A stretch of 64,000 nucleotides of DNA from the human T2T-CHM13v2.0 reference genome, Homo sapiens, in contig CP086569.2 in the NCBI GenBank assembly GCA_009914755.4, positions 10,816,001-10,880,000 on the forward strand. The letters run 5' to 3'. Below, in pieces: positions 55,701-64,000 of the stretch (within the stretch, counting starts at the first letter, position 1; every line of letters starts with the position of its first letter). A model generated the notes under the pieces. It saw nothing but the letters and a program-made list of their open reading frames with translations, was not told the origin of the DNA and ran no database searches. Made by a program: the position numbers and the translations under genes.

Positions 55701-58532
55701 GTTTCAAAACTGCTCATTCAAAAGATAGGTTCAACTCTGTGGTTTGAATGCACACAGCACAAAGAAGTTTCACAGAATGTGTCTGTGTAGTTTTTATGTG
55801 CGGATGTTTCCTTTTCCACCATATGCCTAAATATTTCCCAATTTCCACTTGCAGATTCCACAAGAAGAGTGTTTCAAAACTGCTGTATCAAATAAAGTTG
55901 AACTCTGTGAGGTGAATGCACACAGCACAAAATGGTTTCTCAGAATGCTTCCTTGTTGTTTTTATATGAAGATGTTTCCTTTTCAACAATAGGCCTCAAA
56001 GTGCTTCAAATGTCCACTTGCAGATTCTACAAAAAGAGTGTTTCAAAACTGCTCAATCAAAAGAAAGGTTCGACTCTGGGAAATTAATGCACACATCACA
56101 AAGAAGTTTCTCAGCTTCTGTGTAGTTTTCATGTGAAGTTATTTCCTTTTCCACAATAGGCCGCAAAGGGCTCCAAATATCAACTTACAGATTCTAGGAA
56201 AAGAGAGTTTCAAAACTGCTCTACGAAAAGATAGGTTGAACTCTGTGAGATGAATGCACACATCACAAAGAAGTTTCTCAGAATGCATCTGTGTAGTTTT
56301 TACGGGAAGATATTTCCTTTTCCACCATCTTCCACAAAGGTCTCCAAGTAACCACTTGCAGACTCTACAGAAAGACACTTTAAAAACTGCTCTATCAAAA
56401 GATCAGTTCAAGTCTGTGGTTTGAATGCACACATCACAAAGAATTTTCTCAGAATGCTTCTGTGTAGTTTTCATATGAAGATATTTCCTTTTCCACCATA
56501 GGCCTCAAAGCACTCCAAATATCCACTTGCAGATTCTACAAAAAGAGATTTTCAAAACTAGTCAATCAAAAGAAAGGTTCAACTCTGTCAGTTGAATGCA
56601 CATATCACAAACAAGTTTCTCGGAATGCGTCTGTGTAGTTTTTATGTGAAGATATTTCCTTCTCCACAACAGGCCTCAAAGTGCTCCGAATATCCACTTG
56701 CAGATTTTACTAAAGAGTGTTTCCAAACTGCTCAATCAAGAGGAAGTTTCAAGTCTGTGAGCTGAACGCACACATCACAAAGTAGTTTCTGAGAATGCTT
56801 CTGTGTAGTTTTTATGTGAAGATGTTTCCTTTTCCACCATAGGCTGCAAAGGGCTCCAAATATCCACTTGCAGATTCTACAAAAAGAGAGTCTCAAAAGT
56901 GCTCTATCAAAAGATAGGTTCAACTATGTGATATGAATGCACACATCACAAAGTAGTTTCTCAGAATGCTTCTGTGTAGTTTTTATGTAAAGATATTTCC
57001 TTTTCCACCATAGGCCTCAAAGCACTCCAAATATCCACTTGCAGATTCTACAAAAAGAGATTTTCAAAACTATTTAATCAAAAGAAAGGTTCAAATCTGT
57101 CAGTTGAAGGTACATATCACAAACAAGTTTATTGGAATGCTTCTGTGTAGTTTTTATGTGAAGATATTTCCTTTTCCACAACAGGCCTCAAGGTGCTCCA
57201 AATATCCACTTGCAGATTTCACTAAAAGTGTGTTTCCAAGCTGCTCAATCAAGAGGAAGTTTCAAGTCTGTGAGGTGAATGCACACATTACAAAGAAGTT
57301 ACTGAGAATGCTTCTGTGTAGTTTTTATGTGAAGATATTTCCTTTTCCACCGCAGGCCTCAAAGCGCTGCAAATATCCACTTGCAGATTCTACAAAAAGA
57401 GAGTTTCAAAACTGCTGTATCAAAAGATAGGGTCAACTCTGCGAGTTGAATAAACACATCACAAATAAGTTTCTGGGAACGCTTCTGTATAGTTTTATGT
57501 GAATATATTTCCTTTTCCACCATATGCCTCAAAGCACTCCAAATATCCACTTGCACATTATAGAAACATAGTCTTTCAAAACTTGTCAATCAAAGAAAGG
57601 TTCAACTCCGTGAGATGAGTGCACACATCACAGAGAAGTTTCTCGGAATGTTTCTGTGTAGTTTTTATGTGAAGATATTGCCTTTTCCACAATAGGCCTC
57701 AAAGCGTTCCAAATATCCAATTGCAGATTCCACAAAAAAAGTTTTTTAAAACTGCTCAATCAAATGATAGATTAAACTCTGTGAGATTAGTGCACACATG
57801 TCAAAAAAGTTTCTCAGAATGCTTCTGTGTACTTTTTAGGGGAAGATATTTCCTTTTCCACCATCGGCCACAAAGGACTCCAAATAACCACATGCAGATT
57901 CTAGTAACACAGAGTTTCAAAACTGCTCTATCAAAAGATAAGTTCAACTCTGAGAGTTTAGTGCAACCATCGTGAAGAAGTTTCTCAGAATGCTTCTGAG
58001 TAGTGTTTATGTGAAGATATTTCCTTTTCCACCATAGGCCTGAAAGCCCTCCAAATATCCACTTGCAGATCCTACAAAAAGAAAGTTTCGAAATGCTCTC
58101 TCAAACGATAGTTTCGACTCTGTGGTATGAATACACACATCACAAAGAAGTTTCTCAGAATGCTTCTGTGTAGTTTTTAAATGAAGATATTTCTTTTTCC
58201 ACCATAGGCCTCAAAGCACTCCAAATATGCACTTCCAGATTCTACAAAAAGAGTGTTTCAGAACTGCTCAATCAAAAGGAAGGTTCCAGTCTGAGACAAA
58301 TACACACATCAAAAGGTAGTTTCTCAGAATGCTTCTGTGTAGTTTTTATGTGAAGATATTTTCCTTTCCACCATAGGCCACAAATGGCTCTAAATACCCA
58401 CTTACATTTTCCACAAAAAGAGAGTTTCAAAACTGCTCTACCAAAGGTAAGTTTAACGCTGTGAGTTAAGAACATCACAAAGAAGTTTCTCAGAATGCTT
58501 CTGTGTAGTTCTTACGTAAAGATATTTCCTTT
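52748..58532 (-). repeat. HOR copy 10, short form (34 monomers, 5785 bp)
   Basis: Offset 5785 (ORF 52803 to 58588). Confidence 0.9.
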
Positions 58533-61500
58533 TACACAATAGGCAGAAAAGTGCTCCAAATATCCACTTGAAGATTCTACAAAAACCGTGTTTCAAAACT
58601 GCCGAATCAAAAGAAAGGTTCAACTCTGTGAGATGAATGCACACATAACAAAGGAGTTTCTCAGAATGCTTCTGTGTAGCTTTTATATGAAGACATTTAG
58701 TTTTCCACAACAGGCCTCAAAGCTCTCTCCATATCCACTTGCAGATTCTACCGAAAGAGTGCTTCCAAACTGCTCAATCAAAAGAGACATTCAAATCTGT
58801 GAGGTGAATGCAGACATCGTAAAGAAGTTTCTCAGAATGCTTCTGTGTATTTTTTGTGTGAAGTTATTCGTTTTTGCACCATAGGCCTCCAAGCGTTCTA
58901 AATATCCACTTCTAGATTCTACAAAAAGAGAGTTTCAAAACTACTCAAACAAAAGGTTCAATTCTGTGAGTTGAAAGCAAACATCACAAAGAAGTTTCTC
59001 AGAATGCGTCTGTGTAGTTTTGATGTGAAGATATTTCCTTTTCACAGTAGAATGCAAAGGGCTCCAAATATCCACTTGGAGATTCTACAAAAAGAGTTTC
59101 AAAACCGCTCTGTCAAATGATAGGTTGAACTCCCGGAGGTGAATACACACATCACAAAGAGGTTTCTCAGCATGCTTCTGTGTAGTTTTTATGTAAACAT
59201 ATTTCCGTTTCTATCATAGGCCTCAAAGTGCTCCAAATATTCACTTGTACATTCTACCAAACGAGTATTTCAAAACTGCTCAATCAAATGGAAGGTTCAA
59301 AACTGTGACATGAATGCCCACATCACAAAGTAGTTTCTCAGAATGCTTCTGTGTAGTTTTTATGTGAAGATATTTCCTTTTCCACAACAGCGTGCAAAAC
59401 GCTTCAAATATGCCCTTAGAGATTCCACAAAAAGAGTGTTTCCAAACTACTCAAATCAAAAAATGATTTCAACTCTGTGAGATGAATGCACACATCACAA
59501 ACTAGTTTCTCAGAATGTTTCTGCCTGGTTCTCATGCGAAGATAGTTCCTTTTTCACCATAGACCGCAATGTACTCCAAATATCCACCTGCAGATTCTAC
59601 AAAAGTGAGTTTCAAAACTGCTCTATCAAAAGATCAGTTCGTCTCTGTGAGTTGAATGCATACATCAAAAAGAAGCTTCTCAAAATGCTTCTGTGTGGTT
59701 TTTCGGTGAAGATAGTTCTTTTTCTACCATAGGTCTCAAACCACTCCAAATATCCACTTGTAGATTCTATAAAAAGGAATGTTCAAAATTGCTCAATAAA
59801 AATAAAGTTTCAACACCGTGAGATGAGTGCACAAATCACAAAGAAGTTTCTCAAAATGCTTCTGGGTAGTTTTTCTGTGAAGATAGTTCCTTTTCTACCA
59901 TGGGCCACAAAGGGCTCCAAATACCCACTTGCAGATTCTACAAAAAGAGAGTTTCACAACTGCTCTATCAAACAATATGTTCAACTTTGTGGGTTGAACA
60001 CAAATATCACAAGAATTTTCTCCCAATGCTTCTGTGTAGTTTTTATGTGAAGACATTTCTTTTCCCTCCATAGTCCACAAAGTGCTCCAAATATCCACTT
60101 ACATATTCTAGAAAAAGATTGCTTGGAAACTGCACAATGAAAAGAAAGGTTCAAATATATGAGATGAATGCACACATCACAAAGAAGTTTCTCAGAATCT
60201 CTCTGTGTAATTTTTATGTGAAGATATTTCCTTTCCCACCTTAGGTCTTAAAACGCTCCAAATATCCACTTGCAGATACTACAAGAAGATTGCTTCAAAA
60301 CTGCACAAAAAAAGAAATGTTCAATTCTGTTTGATGAATGCACACATCACAAAGAAGTTTCTCAGAATGCTTCTCTGTAGTTTTTATGTGAAGATATTTC
60401 CTTTTCCACAATAGGCCTCAAAGGGCTCCAAATATCCACTTCCAGATTCTATGAAAAGAATATTTCCAAACTGCTCAATCATAGGAAATGTTCAACTCTG
60501 TGAGATGAATGCACACATCACAAGAAATTTCTCAGAATCCTTCAGTGTAGGTTTTATGAGAAGATAATTCCTTTTCCACAATAGTTCTCAAAGCACTCAA
60601 AATATCCACTTGCAGATTCTACAAAAGGAGTATTTCAAAACTGCTCAATCAAAAGAAAGGTTCAACTCTGTGAGATGAATGGACACATCACAAAGAAGTT
60701 TCTCAGAATGCTTCTGTGTAGTATTTTTGTGAAGATATTTCTTTTCCACCATAGACCGCCAGGGGACACAAATATCCACTTTCAGATTCTACAACAAGAG
60801 AGGTTCAAAACTACTCGATCAAGAGATGGTTTCAACTATGTGAGTTGAATGCACACATCACAAAGAACTATGTCGGAATTCTTCTGTGTAGTTTTTATGT
60901 GAAGATATTTCCTTTTCCACAATAGACGTCAAAGTGATCCAGATATCCACTTGCAGATTCCACAAAAAGAGTGTTTCAAAAGTGCACAACCAAAAGAAAG
61001 GTTCAACTAGGTGAGATGAATGCACACATCAGAAGGAAGTTTCTCAGAATGCTTCTGCATAGCTTTTAAGGGAAGATACTTCCTTTTCCAACATAGGCCT
61101 CAAAGCACTCCAAATATCCTCCTGGAGATCCCACAAAAAGAGTGTTTGCAAACTGCTCAATCAAAAGAAAGATTTAACTCTGTGAGATGAATCCACACAT
61201 CACAAAGAAGTTTCTCAGAATGCTTCTGTGTAGTTTTTAATTGAAGATATTTCTTTTTCCACAATAGGCCTCAAAGCGCTCAAAATATCCACTTTCACAT
61301 TCTACAAAAAGAGTGTTTCAAAACTGCACAATCAAAAGATAGTTCAACTCTGTGAGTTGAATGCGCACAACAAAAAGATGTTTCTCGGAATTATTTCTGT
61401 GTAGTTTTTATGTGAAGATATTTCCTTTTCCACAATGGGCCTCAAAGTGCTCCAAATATCCACTTGCAGATTCTACAAAAAGAGTTTTCCAAAACTGCTC

Positions 61501-62620
61501 CATCAAAAGAAAGTTTCACCTCTGTGAGATGAATGCACATACCACAAAGAAGTGTCTCAGAATGCTTCTGTGTAGTTTTTATGTGAAGATATTTCCTTTT
61601 CCACAATAAGCCCCAAAAGGCTCCAAATATTCACTTGCAGATTCTAAAAAAACAGTGTTTCAAAACTGCTCAATCAAAAGAAAGGTTCAACTCTGTGAGA
61701 AGAATGCTCACATCACTGAGAAGTTTCTCAGAATGCTTCTGTGTAGTTTTTATATGAAGATATTTCCTTTCCCACCGTAGGCCACAAAAGGCTCCAAATA
61801 TCCACTTGCAGATACTATGAAAAGAGAGTTTCAAAACTGCTCATTCAAAAGATAGGTTCAACTCTGTGGTTTGAATGCACACAGCACAAAGAAGTTTCAC
61901 AGAATGTGTCTGTGTAGTTTTTATGTGCGGATGTTTCCTTTTCCACCATATGCCTAAATATTTCCCAATTTCCACTTGCAGATTCTACAAGAAGAGTGTT
62001 TCAAAACTGCTGTATCAAATAAAGTTGAACTCTGTGAGGTGAATGCACACAGCACAAAATGGTTTCTCAGAATGCTTCCTTGTTGTTTTTATATGAAGAT
62101 GTTTCCTTTTCAACAATAGGCCTCAAAGTGCTTCAAATGTCCACTTGCAGATTCTACAAAAAGAGTGTTTCAAAACTGCTCAATCAAAAGAAAGGTTCGA
62201 CTCTGGGAAATTAATGCACACATCACAAAGAAGTTTCTCAGCTTCTGTGTAGTTTTCATGTGAAGTTATTTCCTTTTCCACAATAGGCCGCAAAGGGCTC
62301 CAAATATCAACTTACAGATTCTAGGAAAAGAGAGTTTCAAAACTGCTCTACGAAAAGATAGGTTGAACTCTGTGAGATGAATGCACACATCACAAAGAAG
62401 TTTCTCAGAATGCATCTGTGTAGTTTTTACGGGAAGATATTTCCTTTTCCACCATCTTCCACAAAGGTCTCCAAGTAACCACTTGCAGATTCTACAGAAA
62501 GACACTTTAAAAACTGCTCTATCAAAAGATCAGTTCAAGTCTGTGGTTGGAATGCACACATCACAAAGAATTTTCTCAGAATGCTTCTGTGTAGTTTTCA
62601 TATGAAGATATTTTCTTTTC
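58533..62620 (-). repeat. HOR copy 11, partial (~4.1 kb), long-form type with the two-monomer segment; more diverged copy at the array edge
   Basis: It is in phase with the earlier copies. It again contains the two-monomer segment (ORF 61361-61609 is homologous to 2829-3077 and 8956-9204). It carries more private substitutions than the internal copies (e.g. 59573, 60293, 61201-61210 aatccacacatcac, 61611 aagcccc, 62549 gtggttgg). Homology to the HOR is lost at about 62620-62640. Confidence 0.8.
61241..61581 (-). repeat. Two-monomer segment specific to the 36-mer form (copy 11, diverged version)
   Basis: Homologous to 2709-3050 but with several substitutions. The downstream monomer reads tagtttttatgtgaag, which matches the junction of the short form rather than the tatatgaag seen in copies 1 and 2. 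Confidence 0.8.
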
Positions 62621-64000
62621 CACCATAGGCCTCAAAGTGCTCCAAATATCCACTTGCAGATTCTACAAAAAGAGTGTTTCAAAACTGCTCAATCAAAAGA
62701 AAGGTACAACTCTTTTTGATGAATTCACTAATAACAAAGACGTTTCTCACAATGCTTCTCTGTAGTTTTTATGTGAAGATCTTTCCTTTTCTACCATAGG
62801 CATCAAAGCACTACAAATATCCAATAGCAGATTCTACAAAAAGAGTGTTTCAAAACTGTTCAATCAAATGAAACGTTCAACCCTGTGAGATGAATGCAGA
62901 CATTAAAAGATAGTTTCTCATTATGGTTCTGGGTAGTTTTTATGTGAACTTATTTCCTTTTCCAAAATAGGCCGGAAAGTGCTCCAAGTATCCACTTGCA
63001 GATTCTACAAAAAGAGATTCAAAACTCCTCCATCAAAAGATAGGTTGAACTCCGTGAGATTAATGCATACATCACAACGAAGTTTCTCAGAGGGCTTCAT
63101 TGTAGTTTTATGGGAAGATATTTCCTTTTCCACTATATGTCTCAAAGATATCCAAATATACACTTGCAGATTCTACAAAATGAGAGTTTCAAAACTGCTC
63201 TGTCAAAAAAAGAGGTTCAGCTGCATGAGTTGAATGCACACATCACAAAGAAGTTTCTCAGAATGCTTCTGTGTATTTTTTATGTTAAGATATTTTCTTT
63301 TCCACCATAGGCTGCAAAGGGCTCCAAATATCCACTTGCAGATTCTACAAAAAGAGATTTTCAAAACTGCTCAATCAAAAGAAAGGCTCAACTCTGTGAG
63401 ATGAATGCACACAAAACAAAGGAGTTTCTGCAAATGCTTCTGTGTAGTTTTTAAGTGAAGATACTTCCTTTTCCACAATAGGTCTCGAAGCCCTCCAAAT
63501 ATCCAAATGTGGATTCTACAAAAAGAGTGTTTCAAAACTGCTCAATCAAATGGAAGCTTCAACTCTAAGAAATGAATACACACCTGACAAAGAAGTTTCT
63601 CAGAATGATTTTGTGTAGTTTTTTGGGGAAGGCGTTTTCCTTTCCACCATCGGTCACAAAGGCCTCCAAATAACCACATGCAGATTCTACACAAGGAGAG
63701 TTTCAAAACTGCTCTGTCAAAAGATAGGTTCAGCTCTGCGAGTTGAATGCACACATCACAGACAAGTTTCTCAGAATGCTTCTGTGTAGTTTTCATGTGA
63801 AGATATTTCCTTTTCCACTTTAGGCCACAAAGCACTCCAAATATCCACTTGCAGAAACTACAAAAAGAGTCTTTCAAAACTGCTCAAGCAAAAGAAAAGT
63901 TCAACTCTGTGAGATGAATGCACACATCACAAAGGAGTTTCTGAGAATGCTTCTGTGTAGTTTTTATGTGAAATATTTCCTTTTCCACCATAGGCTTCAA
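62621..64000 (-). repeat. Diverged (monomeric or different-family) alpha-satellite monomers flanking the HOR array
   Basis: The ~171-bp alphoid periodicity and signature motifs are still present (tccaaatatccacttgcagattctacaaaaagag, ttctcagaatgcttctgtgtagttttt). The monomers are far more diverged from the HOR and from each other (e.g. 62700-62760 aaaggtacaactctttttgatgaattcactaataacaaagacgtttctcac). The upstream HOR does not recur here. Confidence 0.8.

Larger units (their letters stand above)
1..62620 (-). repeat. DYZ3: Alpha-satellite higher-order repeat array (34-/36-monomer HOR of ~171-bp monomers), most likely DYZ3 (human Y centromere)
   Basis: Seen directly: the alphoid monomer signature (e.g. 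ttctcagaatgcttctgtgtagtttttatgtgaagatatttccttttccaccataggcctcaaag...tccaaatatccacttgcagattctac) recurs every ~170-171 bp. Identical ORF-track entries recur at offsets of 6127, 6127, then 5784/5785 eight times, giving a 34-/36-monomer HOR. The strand is the reverse complement of the usual consensus, hence '-'. The Y (DYZ3) assignment rests on established knowledge: a 5.7-5.8 kb 34-mer HOR with a 6.0 kb 36-mer variant and no CENP-B boxes, plus an exact match to the Y-alphoid primer pair Y22/Y11 at 514-533 and 666-685. Confidence 0.9.

Noticed and set aside
12255-58532. A possible ~11.6-kb (two-HOR) super-repeat, suggested by the C/T variant in agagagtYtcaaaag alternating in pairs of copies (CC TT CC TT CC)
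   Set aside because: Other variant sites (T/G at agttttKatg, A/G at aaaaagaRagtttcg, the cluster in copies 7-9) do not follow a two-copy periodicity. One site is insufficient. It is more likely patchy homogenisation.
56-63877. Dozens of 63-111 aa ORFs on both strands that could be read as small-protein genes
   Set aside because: They repeat with exact HOR periodicity and overlap on opposite strands. They change length only through satellite SNVs, and their translations are low-complexity read-throughs of alphoid monomers. No gene-like organisation is present.
1-64000. The regularly spaced direct repeats could superficially resemble a CRISPR array or a prokaryotic repeat system
   Set aside because: The repeat unit is ~171 bp and contiguous head-to-tail with no unique spacers. 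The sequence is canonical primate alpha satellite, so it is a eukaryotic centromeric tandem repeat and not CRISPR.
1-64000. Searched for any interruption of the satellite (L1/Alu/SVA insertion, unique sequence, rDNA or tRNA-like segment) that might hide an embedded element
   Set aside because: None seen. Every stretch I read conforms to the ~171-bp alphoid pattern, and the ORF-track periodicity is unbroken apart from the two-monomer indel and the terminal diverged monomers.

Overview
The whole 64-kb window is human centromeric alpha-satellite DNA, and I find no protein-coding genes, RNA genes, transposon insertions or prokaryote-style systems in it. Monomers are ~170-171 bp. On the given strand they read as the reverse complement of the conventional alphoid consensus. 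They are organised as a tandem higher-order repeat (HOR) that recurs almost identically every 5,784-5,785 bp (34 monomers). The first two copies and the last partial copy are the exception: they are 6,127 bp (36 monomers) because they carry two extra monomers. The array ends at about 62.6 kb and is followed by about 1.4 kb of much more diverged alpha-satellite monomers, so the window appears to cover the edge of an HOR array. The array is most likely DYZ3, the human Y-chromosome centromere. Three things support this: the 34-mer (~5.8 kb) HOR with a 36-mer (~6.0 kb) variant; the absence of recognisable CENP-B boxes, with a pJalpha-type motif (ttccttttccaccatag) at that site instead; and exact matches, 172 bp apart, to the classic Y-alphoid PCR primer pair (agtagaatgcaaagggctcc and the reverse complement of atgatagaaacggaaatatg), which I quote from memory. 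All ORFs in the supplied track are short frames that recur with HOR periodicity and change only where copies differ by SNVs; they are not genes. What is worth a closer look is the structure of the array. The 36-mer and 34-mer copies differ by a precise two-monomer indel with a hybrid junction. Sparse copy-specific SNVs and two 1-bp deletions are shared in blocks by neighbouring copies. There is an old internal three-monomer duplication inside the HOR. The last copy is more degraded as it approaches the array boundary. I see no evidence for a new or previously undescribed system.
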